Assembly (NCBI GenBank): GCA_013416795.1
Contig: RQSC01000554.1
Coordinates: 1-64,000, forward strand
DNA from: Prasinococcaceae sp. CCMP 1430
Lineage: Eukaryota; Plantae; Prasinodermophyta
Direction of reading: 5' to 3'
Length of the DNA stretch: 64,000 bases
The notes beneath the pieces were generated by a model. That model was not told the DNA's origin. It did no database searches and saw nothing but the letters and a program-made list of their open reading frames with translations. Within the stretch, counting starts at the first letter, position 1, and each line of letters begins with the position of its first letter. The translations under genes were made by a program, and so were the position numbers. This document shows positions 9,716-19,945 of this stretch, one piece after another.

Positions 9716-10549
9716 TGGTGTGGTGGCGTGTGGGTGGGTGTGCATCTGTGGAGTCTAACTATGAGCGCCGGCATACTGCGCAGGAGCCGCCGAAGGGACT
9801 TCGGCCGCACCCTGGCCGACCCGGGCTCAACTCAATCCTCCAGGCTGCGCGGCAGGCTGTGTGTGTGCGTGTGTGTCGGGCAGGCGCGCGCGGGGTGGGG
9901 GGGTGGGGGGAGGAGCGCGCTTTTTTTCCCTTCGCTCGCTCGTGCCGCGTCGCCCGCGTCGCCTCGCGCGCCGCACCTTGGATATCTGCAGGGGCCCGAT
10001 CGACGCGCCGCCGTCGCCCACCGGCGCGGGCATGATGTTGGACGTCTCCACCATGCGCAGCGCGTCCAGGAGCGGCCGCGTGCGCGCACAGCTGCGGTAG
10101 TACTCGACGTCGCGCGTGTGCGTGAACATCCCCCAGAACGTCGTGCGGTCGGCGTCGCGCGCCGGCTCGAGCATCGACCGCGGGGCCCGCAGCTGCCGCA
10201 GGCCCGTGGCCAGGTCGCGGCGCGGGAGGTACAGCTCCGCGCCCGCCCTGAGCGCGTCGCCGCCGACGACCGCGTCCGGGTTGTGCCGCGCGATCTCCTC
10301 GGGCGTGGTCGCGAACGCGCGCGCCAGCGCCGCCACCGTGTCGCCCTCGCGCACGGCGACGTGGCGCGCCGCGTAGTTGGGCACGACGACGCGCTCGCCG
10401 GCGGCGATGTGGTCGTCGTCCGACGGCATCGCGTTCGCGCGGCGCAGCGCGCCTATCGACACGCCGTGCTGCTCGCTGATCGACCACAGCGAGTCGCCCG
10501 GCAGCACGCGGTGGGTCTTGGGGCGGGCGCCCGCGGCGGTGCCGGTCAT
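8975..10549 (-). CDS. 2xLysM + i-type (destabilase-like) lysozyme/transglycosylase-fold protein; exons 10549-9977 and 9562-8975 (~386 aa)
   Basis: LysM1 THRVLPGDSLWSISEQHGVSIGALRRAN; LysM2 VAVREGDTVAALARAFATTPEEIARHN; catalytic-like domain LLDALRMVETS...VGDGGASIGPLQISK|EYHADAW...RYWLRYCP...LARTHNGGPG...YW. Phase-0 intron with GTGCGG donor. Confidence 0.8.
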
Positions 10550-10616
10550 GGGGGCTTCCTCTTCTCGTCGCAGGGATGCGGGCGAGCTGCGTGGTGGAGT
10601 GCTGCGTGGTGGTGCG

Positions 10617-10617
<1 letters not shown>

Positions 10618-10657
<40 letters not shown>
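10618..10657 (+). repeat. (TG)n microsatellite abutting an assembly gap
   Basis: About 20 TG units; similar tracts at 9679-9712 and elsewhere. Confidence 0.9.
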
Positions 10658-11532
10658 NNNNNNNNNNNNNNNNNNNNNNNNNNNNNNNNNNNNNNNNNNN
10701 NNNNNNNNNNNNNNNNNNNNNNNNNNNNNNNNNNNNNNNNNNNNNNNNNNNNNNNNNNNNNNNNNNNNNNNNNNNNNNNNNNNNNNNNNNNNNNNNNNNN
10801 NNNNNNNNNNNNNNNNNNNNNNNNNNNNNNNNNNNNNNNNNNNNNNNNNNNNNNNNNNNNNNNNNNNNNNNNNNNNNNNNNNNNNNNNNNNNNNNNNNNN
10901 NNNNNNNNNNNNNNNNNNNNNNNNNNNNNNNNNNNNNNNNNNNNNNNNNNNNNNNNNNNNNNNNNNNNNNNNNNNNNNNNNNNNNNNNNNNNNNNNNNNN
11001 NNNNNNNNNNNNNNNNNNNNNNNNNNNNNNNNNNNNNNNNNNNNNNNNNNNNNNNNNNNNNNNNNNNNNNNNNNNNNNNNNNNNNNNNNNNNNNNNNNNN
11101 NNNNNNNNNNNNNNNNNNNNNNNNNNNNNNNNNNNNNNNNNNNNNNNNNNNNNNNNNNNNNNNNNNNNNNNNNNNNNNNNNNNNNNNNNNNNNNNNNNNN
11201 NNNNNNNNNNNNNNNNNNNNNNNNNNNNNNNNNNNNNNNNNNNNNNNNNNNNNNNNNNNNNNNNNNNNNNNNNNNNNNNNNNNNNNNNNNNNNNNNNNNN
11301 NNNNNNNNNNNNNNNNNNNNNNNNNNNNNNNNNNNNNNNNNNNNNNNNNNNNNNNNNNNNNNNNNNNNNNNNNNNNNNNNNNNNNNNNNNNNNNNNNNNN
11401 NNNNNNNNNNNNNNNNNNNNNNNNNNNNNNNNNNNNNNNNNNNNNNNNNNNNNNNNNNNNNNNNNNNNNNNNNNNNNNNNNNNNNNNNNNNNNNNNNNNN
11501 NNNNNNNNNNNNNNNNNNNNNNNNNNNNNNNN

Positions 11533-11625
<93 letters not shown>
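10658..11625. other. Assembly gap (N 10658-11531) followed by a 94-nt poly-G run
   Basis: N run, then G homopolymer 11532-11625. Confidence 0.95.
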
Positions 11626-11626
<1 letters not shown>

Positions 11627-11779
11627 TTGGCTCCTCCCCGCGCGCGCACACCTCTGCGCCCCCACCCCCGCCGAGCCTCGCGAGGGCCTGCTCCGCCTCC
11701 CACGCCTGCACCGCCTGCCTTTGCGGATCAGATTTGGATGTGGCGGATTTTTTTGGTTTTTTTTTTGGGAAATTAGCAC

Positions 11780-12408
11780 CCAGACCGATTCTCGCTACCG
11801 CGACGCTGCCTACCACTACCGTGGCGCTGCCTGAGAAGCTTGATGAGCTCGCTAGCCGGCCGGAGTTGATGAGAATCCCAGCCGTCAAGCGGGAGAGGGA
11901 CAAGCTCAAGAAGGCGACCGGCCTCAAGATGACTGGCAAGAGCACCGGCAAAGGCGACGCGCGCACCAAGTGGACGAAGGAGGAGCGCGCCATGGAACAT
12001 GAGCTCTCGCGGGACACTTGCAACGTCTACATCACACGCGGGGGCGAGCCCATATGGACATGCGCAAAGGCCTTGACAGTTGGAGGTGCTTTCACACTCA
12101 CAACGTCGGCGGACATGCCAATTCACACGACAGCAAAGGCCGAACATGGCGCTGCCATATCAGATGATGATGACCAAAGGATGGCATGGCTGAAGTCCAT
12201 GTACGGCAACGGCGTGATATCACATGCTTTCGGGCATGACTTCGGCCTCAAGAGGGCTCATATGCCTTGGCACGGAGGGCCCCGTCTTCCAACACTCCGC
12301 CGGGCCATGCCATGCACCGAGATGGCCTCTAAACCGACGAGCTCACTTGCATATGGCGGCACTCAAAGGCCTTTCCAAACCTTTGGACACTCAAATGCAT
12401 ACGCATGA
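11780..12408 (+). CDS. Hypothetical protein, lower GC than its neighbours
   Basis: About 200-codon open frame with balanced composition (LPEKLDELASRPELMRIPAVKRERDKLKKATG...); no family recognised. Confidence 0.35.
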
Positions 12409-12802
12409 CCTCAAACGCCGCCCACCGCGAGGAGCCTTCCGCCGCGCCGCGGCCGCCCGCCGCAGCCCCCCTTCGAATTGATGTGCGAGCCGCGAGCTCG
12501 CGTTGCGCCGCAGCCCCCCAATCGAATTGATGTGCGAGCCGCGAGCTCGCGGTGAAACTGATGTGCGAGCGACGCGCCCCGCGGGGGGGGAAGCTCGGTT
12601 TGGGGGCGGGCGGTGATGAGGGTCTGTGGATCCTCGCACGTCCCTTCGTTTTTGATGTGGTTTGGCGCGCGCGTGCGCGCGCGCCTGGCGGGAAAGACGC
12701 AACCGAAATCGAAGGAGAAAAACGGCGCGCGGGGGGGGGACGGCGCGCGCGCGCGCGTGGCGCGGCGGCGGCNAACCTCGTTCTGGGCGCTGCCCGCGCG
12801 CG

Positions 12803-13142
12803 ATGGATGCGGGCGCTGGAGGCGCCGGCGGCACGGCTGGCGCAGGGGGCGCGGACGGCGCGGCGGCGGGCGCGGTGGCGGCACCGGGTGGCTCGGACGT
12901 GGTGCAGCTCGACGTCGGCGGCGTGGCATACCGCACGACGCGCGCCACGCTATGCACGGACGCGTGCTCGATGCTCACGGCGATGTTCGAGCGGCGCTCC
13001 CAGCCCGCGGGCGAGGGGGCGACGGTCTTCATCGACCGCGACGGCGCGCGATTCCGCCATGTGCTGAACTGGCTGCGCAACGGCACTGTGCACTGCGGGG
13101 GCGACGCGCAGGCGCTCGGCGAGCTCCTTGAAGAGGCCGAAT
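12803..13142 (+). CDS. BTB/POZ (KCTD-type) domain exon
   Basis: VVQLDVGGVAYRTTRATL...SMLTAMF...VFIDRDGARFRHVLNWLR...LLEEAE, then a GTGAGT donor at 13143 (phase 1). Confidence 0.85.
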
Positions 13143-13268
13143 GTGAGTGTCGGAAGCGCTTCGCGAGCGGCGCGAACCTGCAAGAGCGAGTCTGCGCCAC
13201 GGAGTGCTGACGCGGCGCCGGCGCGCTGACCTCTCGCGCGCGCCCCCCTCCGCGCGCGCCGCGCGCAG

Positions 13269-13785
13269 GCGAGCTCGTACGAGGGCACCGAGTCGACCGG
13301 CAAGGTGGAGCTCACGCTGGCGCCCAAGTGCGAGATCGCCGGGCGGCACATCCTGCTGGTCGAGGACATCGTCGACACCGGCGGCACCATCTCGACGCTG
13401 CGCGCGCACTTCGAGGCGGCGGGCGCGGCGTCGGTGGCCACGGCGACGCTGCTGGACAAGGTACGGTACCCGGGACACTTCTGCTTTTTCTGTGTTGGTG
13501 TTGTCTGCTTGTGTGTGTGTGCGCGTGCGCGTGTCGGCTGGGTTTGGCAGTGCGCCGTGGGAGGGCGCTCGTGGCGCGGCAGCGTCTCTGACACGCGGCG
13601 GCCGCCTCTGCTGTGGCTCTCCGCGCTCGCTCGCGCAGGTGGCCCGCCGCACGATCGACGTGCCGGTGGAGTACGTGGCCTTCGAGTGCGAGGACGCCTT
13701 CGTCATCGGCTACGGCCTCGACTTCGACGGCGTCTACCGCAGCCTGCCGTACGTCGGCGTGCTCAAGCCCGCGCTCTACGAGTGA
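13269..13785 (+). CDS. HPRT: Hypoxanthine phosphoribosyltransferase, C-terminal two exons (13269-13460, 13639-13785); N-terminal half not found
   Basis: ASSYEGTESTG, PRPP-binding ILLVEDIVDTGGT, LLDK, FVIGYGLD...YRSLPYVGVLKP; phase-0 GT-AG intron. Confidence 0.9.
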
Positions 13786-14069
13786 GCGATCGACCGACCG
13801 ACCGGAGCAAGCGACCGACCGGAGTGAGCGACCGATCGACCAGCCGACGCTGCTGCTGCTACTACCGATCGCTCACGACCCAGGTCCAGATGCGCTCCAC
13901 CCATCGTAGCGCCGTGGTTTCGCACCCCTCGCAAGCCGCAGTGTCGTTCGCAGCTTGGCGCTGGCTCCACCCGGGCGCGTCAACGGGGGCGACCCAGGAC
14001 GCGTGAGACTGCCACTCCACACAATTCTTACGGAAGAGCGAAGCTACTGCCATTGCCACGCGCGAGCTC

Positions 14070-16991
14070 TCACCTCGAAGCTCGTGCGTACGCCGATTGA
14101 GTGCTCCAGCGCGCTCGAGTGGATCGACTCTGGACTTCGCGCGAGCGCAGGCGCTGGTATATGCCAGGTAGTCCTAAGTCAAATTTCCACACGCGCACCG
14201 TGTCGTCTTTGCTAGCCGACGCTAGGCGCGAGCCGTCCGGGCTCCAGCACAAGGAGCACATCCAATTTCTATGGCCCTCGAGCACCTGCACCGCCTCGCC
14301 CGTCCACGCGTCCCACACGCGCACCGTGCTGTCCCAGCTCGCCGACGCTAGGCGTGCGCCGTCGGGGCTCCAGCGCACTGACCACACCGAATTCCTTTGT
14401 CCCTCGATCACGTGCACCGCCTCGCCCGTCGACGCGTCCCACACGCACATCGTGTTGTCCAAGCTCGCCGACGCCAGGCACCAGCCGTCCGGGCTCCAGC
14501 ACGTCGAAATCACAGCATCCTCGTGTCCCTCGAGCACGTGCAACGCCTCGCCCGTGGACGCGTCCCACACGCGCACCGTGCTGTCGCCGCTCGCCGACGC
14601 CAGGCGCGAGCCGTCAGGGCTCCAGCACACCGAGAACACGTAATTGCTATGGCCCTCGAGCACGCGCACCGCCTCGCCGGTCGACGCGTCCCACACGCGC
14701 ACCGTCTCGTCCGCGCTTGGCGACGCCAGGCGCGAGCCGTCCGGGCTCCAGCACACCGAGTACACCCGATGGCTATGTCCCTCCAAGACGTGCACCGCCT
14801 CGCCAGTGGACGCATCCCACACGCGCACTGTCTTGTCCTCGCTCGCCGACGCAAGGCGCGAGCCGTCTGGGCTCCAGCACACTGAGTTCACCAAATCGCT
14901 GTGCTCCTCGAGCACGTGCACCGCCTCGCCCGTCGACGCGTCCCACACGCGCACCGTCTCGTCGCAGCTCGCCGACGCCACCCGCGAGCCGTCCGGGCTC
15001 CAGCACGTCGAAATCACAGCATCCTCGTGTCCCTCGAGCACGTGCACCGCCTCGCCGGTCGACGCGTCCCACACGCGCACCGTCTCGTCCTCGCTCGCCG
15101 ACGCCACCCGCGAGCCATCTGGGCTCCAGCACGTCGAAAATACAGCATCCTCGTGTCCCCTGAGCTCGTGCACCACCTGGCCGGTCGACGCGTCCCACAC
15201 GCACACCGTCTGGTCGTCGCTCGCCGACGCCAGGCGCGAGCCGTCCGGGCTCCAGCACGTCGAGAACACGATATAGCTATGTCCCTCGAGCACGCGCACC
15301 GCCTCGTAGGTCGACGCGTCCCACACGCGCACCGTGTTGTCGCGGCTCGCCGACGCCAGGCGCGAGCCGTCCGGGCTCCAGCACGTCGAGATCACGTAAT
15401 TGCTATGGCCCTCGAGCATGCGCACCGCCTCGTAGGTCGACGCGTCCCACACGCGCACCGTCCCGTCGTAGCTCGCCGACGCAAAGCGCGAGCCGTCCAG
15501 GCTCCAGCACACCGAAGTCACAACATCGCTGTGTCCCGCAAGCTCCCGCATCTCCCTGCCGGTCAACGCGTTCCACACGCGCACTGTCTTGTCCTCGCTC
15601 GCCGAAGCCAGGCGCAAGCCGTCCGGGCTCCAACACACTCCGTGCACGTAATGCCGGTGTCCATCGAGCACGCGCACCCTCTCGCCGGTCGACGCGTCCC
15701 ACACGCGCACCGTCTCGTCGTAGCTCGCCGACGCAAGCCGCGAGCCGTCAGGGCTCCAGCACACTGACCCCACCCAATCGCTGTGCCCCTCGAGCACGTG
15801 CACCGCCTCGCGGCGGGTCGACGCGTCCCACACGCGCACTGTGTTATCTATGCTCGCCGACGCCAGGCGCGAGCCGTCCGGGCTCCAGCACACCGAGTTC
15901 ACCCGATCGCTATGGCCCTCGAGCACGCGCACCGCCTCGCCGGTCGACGCGTCCCACACGCGCACCGTGTTGTCGTTGCTCGCCGACGCAAAGCGCGCGC
16001 CGTCCGGGCTCCAGGACACCGTACGGCTGAGTCCCCTGAACACCTGCACCGACTCGCCGGTCGGCACGCGCCACACGCGCACTGTCTTGTCCCTGCTCGC
16101 CGACGCCAGGCGCGCGCCGTCCGGGCTCCAGCACACGGAGGGCACGTTATCGCTGTGTCCCTTGAGCACGTGCACCGCCTCGCCCGTCGACGCGTCCCAC
16201 ACGCGCACCGTCTTGTCCCTGCTCGCCGACGCCAGGCGCGAGCCGTCCGGGCTCCAGCACACTGACCACACCAAATCGCTGTGCCCCTCGAGCACGTGCA
16301 CCGCCTCAAAGCGGGTCAACGCGTCCCACACGCGCACTGTGTTGTCTTCGCTCGCCGACGCCAGGCACCAGCCGTCCGGGCTCCAGCACGCTGACCACAC
16401 GCAATTGCTGTGCCCCTCGAGCACGTGCACCGCCTCGTCAGTGGACGCGTCCCACACGCGCACTGTCTTGTCCTCGCTCGCCGACGCCAGGCGCGAGCCG
16501 TCCGGGCTCCAGCACACCGAGTTCACCCGACCGCTATGTCCCCTGAGCACTTGCACCGCCTCGCCCGTCGACGCGTCCCACACGCGCACCGTCCTGTCCC
16601 AACTCGCCGAAGCCAGGCGCGCGCCGTCGGGGCTCCAGCGCACTGACCACACCCAACTCCTATGGCCCTCGAGCACGCGCACCGCCTCGCCGGTCGACGC
16701 GTCCCACACGCGCACCGCGCTGTCGCCGCTCGCCGATGCCAGGCGCGAGCCGTCCGGGCTCCAGCACACTGAGTTCACTCGACTGCTGTGTCCTTCAGCC
16801 TCGAGCACCTGCACCACCTCGCCGGTCGACGCGTCCCACACGCGCACTGTCTTGTCCCAGCTCGCCGACGCCAGCTGCGAGCCGTCCGGGCTCCAGCACG
16901 TCGAGACCACGACAGAGTCGTGCCCCTCGAGCACGTGCACCACCCCGACGGTCGGCGCGCGCCACACGCACGTGATGCGCGCGGAGTCCAT
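14070..16991 (-). CDS. WD40-only protein with 22 highly homogeneous ~42-aa repeats
   Basis: Consensus VLEGHSxxVxSVCWSPDGSRLASASxDxTVRVWDASTGEAVH counted 22 times; ATG at 16991; no introns seen. Confidence 0.9.
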   Translation of the reverse strand: MDSARITCVWRAPTVGVVHVLEGHDSVVVSTCWSPDGSQLASASWDKTVRVWDASTGEVVQVLEAEGHSSRVNSVCWSPDGSRLASASGDSAVRVWDASTGEAVRVLEGHRSWVWSVRWSPDGARLASASWDRTVRVWDASTGEAVQVLRGHSGRVNSVCWSPDGSRLASASEDKTVRVWDASTDEAVHVLEGHSNCVWSACWSPDGWCLASASEDNTVRVWDALTRFEAVHVLEGHSDLVWSVCWSPDGSRLASASRDKTVRVWDASTGEAVHVLKGHSDNVPSVCWSPDGARLASASRDKTVRVWRVPTGESVQVFRGLSRTVSWSPDGARFASASNDNTVRVWDASTGEAVRVLEGHSDRVNSVCWSPDGSRLASASIDNTVRVWDASTRREAVHVLEGHSDWVGSVCWSPDGSRLASASYDETVRVWDASTGERVRVLDGHRHYVHGVCWSPDGLRLASASEDKTVRVWNALTGREMRELAGHSDVVTSVCWSLDGSRFASASYDGTVRVWDASTYEAVRMLEGHSNYVISTCWSPDGSRLASASRDNTVRVWDASTYEAVRVLEGHSYIVFSTCWSPDGSRLASASDDQTVCVWDASTGQVVHELRGHEDAVFSTCWSPDGSRVASASEDETVRVWDASTGEAVHVLEGHEDAVISTCWSPDGSRVASASCDETVRVWDASTGEAVHVLEEHSDLVNSVCWSPDGSRLASASEDKTVRVWDASTGEAVHVLEGHSHRVYSVCWSPDGSRLASPSADETVRVWDASTGEAVRVLEGHSNYVFSVCWSPDGSRLASASGDSTVRVWDASTGEALHVLEGHEDAVISTCWSPDGWCLASASLDNTMCVWDASTGEAVHVIEGQRNSVWSVRWSPDGARLASASWDSTVRVWDAWTGEAVQVLEGHRNWMCSLCWSPDGSRLASASKDDTVRVWKFDLGLPGIYQRLRSREVQSRSTRARWSTQSAYARASR

Positions 16992-17048
16992 CGCCTGTCC
17001 TGGGCCGCCCGCCGCGCGCGCAGTGACGCGTCCGCCGGCGCGGCGGCC

Positions 17049-17213
17049 NNNNNNNNNNNNNNNNNNNNNNNNNNNNNNNNNNNNNNNNNNNNNNNNNNNN
17101 NNNNNNNNNNNNNNNNNNNNNNNNNNNNNNNNNNNNNNNNNNNNNNNNNNNNNNNNNNNNNNNNNNNNNNNNNNNNNNNNNNNNNNNNNNNNNCGCTCCG
17201 CTGCCTCGCGGCG
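17049..17213. other. Assembly gap
   Basis: N run. Confidence 0.95.
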
Positions 17214-17338
17214 CCGCTGCCTGGGCGCGCCCGTCGTGGCTCGCTTCGCCCCCCAATCGATTCCAATCGCAACGCCGCCGTGCTCGGCTCTTACTGTGCG
17301 CGCGCCCTCGGCCGCCGCCGCCGCGCGCGCGCGCGCGC

Positions 17339-19117
17339 TCAGCCGATGCGCACGAGCATCTTGTTCTTCTTGCCCGCGGCCAGCAGCACCAGCTTGCCCT
17401 CGATGACGTCCTCGTCGGCGATGAGCGCGCCCTCGTCGCCCACCTTGACGTTGTTGACCCGCACGCCGCCCGACTTGATCATGCGCCGCGCGGCGCTCTT
17501 GGAGGGCTGCATGCCCGCGGCGACCATCACGTCGAAGACCGGCGCGCCCGCCACGCGCTCCAGCGGCAGCGTGGCGGTGGGCATGTCCTCGGCGATGGCC
17601 TCGAGCGTCGCCACGTCCAGCACCGTGTCCGAGCCCGGCTTGAGCGCCTCGGTGGCCGCCAGCGCCGCGCGCAGGCCCTCCTCGCCGTGCACGAAGCGCG
17701 TGACCTCCTCGGCGAGCCGCCGCTGGGCGTCGTTGGGCCGGTAGGCGGCCTCGCCCATGCTGGCGGCGATGGCGTCCACCTCCTCCAGCGGCAGGAAGGT
17801 GAGCATGCGCAGGAACTTGACGACGTCCGCGTCGGCCGTCTTGAAGATCGCCTGGTAGAACTTGAAGGGGGACAGCTTCTCGGGCGACAGCCAGATGGCG
17901 CCGTCCACCGACTTGCCGAACTTGGTGCCGTCGGCCTTGAGGAGCAGGGGGAAGGTCAGCCCGAAGGCGGGCGGGCTGGTGGTGGTGGTGGTGGTGGTGG
18001 TGGTGGTCTCCTGCTCCTGCTCCTGCTGCTGCGAGGAGGAGGAGGGCGAGGACGAGGACACCTCCTCCTGCTCCCCTGCCGCCTCCGGGGCGTCCGAGGA
18101 GGCGCCCGAGCTCGTCGCCGTCTTGCGGATGAGGTCGGTGCCAGCGGTGATGTTGCCCCACTGGTCGGAGCCGCCGATCTGCACGCGCACGCCGTGCTCG
18201 CGGTGGAGGTGCGCGAAGTCCCACCCCTGGAGCAGCTGGTAGGAGAACTCGGTGAAGCTCATGCCGTCCTCGGAGGACAGGCGCGACTTGACGCTGTCCT
18301 TGTTCATCATGACCGACACGCGCGCGAAGCGCCCGATGTCGCGCAGGAACTCCAGGGCGCTCATGTCGCGGTACCAGCTCATGTTGTCGAGGATGGCGAT
18401 GGAGCCGGCGGTGGCATCGGCGGTGGTGGCGTCGGCGCTCGAGTCGTCCGCGCCCTCTGCCTCCTCCCCGCCCTCCTCCCCCGCGACGACGTCGACCTCC
18501 GCGCGCAGCAGCTTGCCCAGCTGCGCGCCGATGGCGCGCAGGTTGCGCTCCAGGACCTCGTCGTCCATCATGGGCCGCTCGGCGGACTTGCCGCTCGGGT
18601 CGCCGATGCGCGCGGTCGCGCCGCCCACGAGCGCGACCGCGCCGTGGCCGCAGCGGCGGAACCACTCGAGCACCACGATGCCCAGCAGGTTGCCCAGGTG
18701 GAGGGAGTCGGCCGTCGGGTCGAAGCCGCAGTACACGCGGAGGGAGTGATTGTTAGCTGCGGAGCGCAGCGCGTCCTCGGCGGTGACGGCGTCGATCAGG
18801 CCGCGGGAGCGCAGGACGTCGATGATGTTGTTGCTGTTTGAGGAGGGGGTGGTGTTAGGTGGTTGCTGCTGCTGCTGCTGCGAATGCTGCGAATGCTGCT
18901 GCTGCGAAGACGGGGCGCCCTCGGCGGCGGCGGTGGTGGTGGTGGTGGCGGCGTCGCGAGCGGACGAGCGCACGGGGGAGCACACGGGGGAGCACAGGCG
19001 GTGCGCCTTGCGGCTGCGGCGCGGCGCAGCAACAACGGGGCGGGACGCGCCGCGCCGGCGCCGGCCGCGCGACGCGAACGCCGAGAAGCGGCGGCCCGCT
19101 TTTGCGGCGAGCAGCAT
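17339..19117 (-). CDS. tyrS: Organellar (bacterial-type) tyrosyl-tRNA synthetase with transit peptide
   Basis: YCGFDPTADSLHLGNL (HIGH), FSYQLLQGWDF, QIGGSDQWGNI, KFGKS (KMSKS), C-terminal S4-like domain; Arg/Ala/Ser-rich N-terminus. Confidence 0.97.
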   Translation of the reverse strand: MLLAAKAGRRFSAFASRGRRRRGASRPVVAAPRRSRKAHRLCSPVCSPVRSSARDAATTTTTAAAEGAPSSQQQHSQHSQQQQQQPPNTTPSSNSNNIIDVLRSRGLIDAVTAEDALRSAANNHSLRVYCGFDPTADSLHLGNLLGIVVLEWFRRCGHGAVALVGGATARIGDPSGKSAERPMMDDEVLERNLRAIGAQLGKLLRAEVDVVAGEEGGEEAEGADDSSADATTADATAGSIAILDNMSWYRDMSALEFLRDIGRFARVSVMMNKDSVKSRLSSEDGMSFTEFSYQLLQGWDFAHLHREHGVRVQIGGSDQWGNITAGTDLIRKTATSSGASSDAPEAAGEQEEVSSSSPSSSSQQQEQEQETTTTTTTTTTSPPAFGLTFPLLLKADGTKFGKSVDGAIWLSPEKLSPFKFYQAIFKTADADVVKFLRMLTFLPLEEVDAIAASMGEAAYRPNDAQRRLAEEVTRFVHGEEGLRAALAATEALKPGSDTVLDVATLEAIAEDMPTATLPLERVAGAPVFDVMVAAGMQPSKSAARRMIKSGGVRVNNVKVGDEGALIADEDVIEGKLVLLAAGKKNKMLVRIG

Positions 19118-19451
19118 GGCTTGGCTGCTGCTGCTCGAGTCGAGCCTCTCGCTGGTTTGGGGCGGCGGCTGCGAGGGATGTTGCGAGGGGTGCGCGCCGC
19201 GGGGGGGGGCGCGCGCGCGCGCGCTGTGGCGCGACGCCGTCGCGACGCGGTGCGCGCGACGAAACCCTTGCTGTCATCACGAGCGGTCTTCCAAAAAATC
19301 GTCCGCCTCGCCAGGCGGATTTACGCCCGCCTCAAAATCGTTTTAAGTGAGCGCTGCGTGGGAAAGGGCGTGCGGGTTTACCAGGGCTACTCATGGAGAT
19401 TTTCTTCACCCCCCTCCGCAGTTGCAGCGAGGCGCCGTCGGCGGGGGGCGG

Positions 19452-19945
19452 CGGACGCACCAGGGTCGACGGATTAGGGGAATAGGGTTGATGGAGGAAG
19501 CGGGGTCGTTGGATTAGGGAATCAGGGTCGAGGGAGGAACCAGGGTCGTGGGATTAGGGCACCAGGGTCGGCGGACGCACCAGGGTCGTGGGATTAGGGC
19601 ACCAGGGTCGACGGACGCACCAGGGTCGTGGGATTAGGGCACCAGGGTCGACGGACGCACCAGGGTCGACGGATTAGGGCACCAGGTCGACGGATTAGGG
19701 TGTGCTGGGTTTTAATTTTTTCCGCACCAGGGTCGGCGGATTAGGGCACCAGGGTCGGCGGACGCACCAGGGTCGTGGGATTAGGGCACCAGGGTCGGCG
19801 GATTAGGGTGTGCTGGGTTTTAATTTTTTCCGCACCAGGGTCGACGGACGCACCAGGGTCGTGGGATTAGGGCACCAGGGTCGGCGGACGCACCAGGGTC
19901 GTGGGATTAGGGCACCAGGTCGACGGATTAGGGTGTGCTGGGTTT
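19452..19945 (+). repeat. Higher-order minisatellite built from GCACCAGGGTCG-based 18-nt and 22-nt units containing GGATTAGGG
   Basis: Alternating gcaccagggtcg(a/g)cggac and gcaccagggtcg(t/a/g)(g/c)ggattagg units; three blocks each end in gtgtgctgggttt(taattttttcc). Confidence 0.9.

Noticed and set aside
11532-11625. Poly-G tract as a G-quadruplex or poly-Gly/Pro coding region
   Set aside because: It abuts a gap and is typical of a sequencing artefact.
14070-18665. 1,531-aa ORF fusing TyrRS-antisense sequence to the WD40 array
   Set aside because: The ORF only reads through an N gap; the upstream part is an alternative frame of TyrRS.
19452-19945. CRISPR array
   Set aside because: The repeats are contiguous variants with no unique spacers, there are no cas genes, and the context is eukaryotic.
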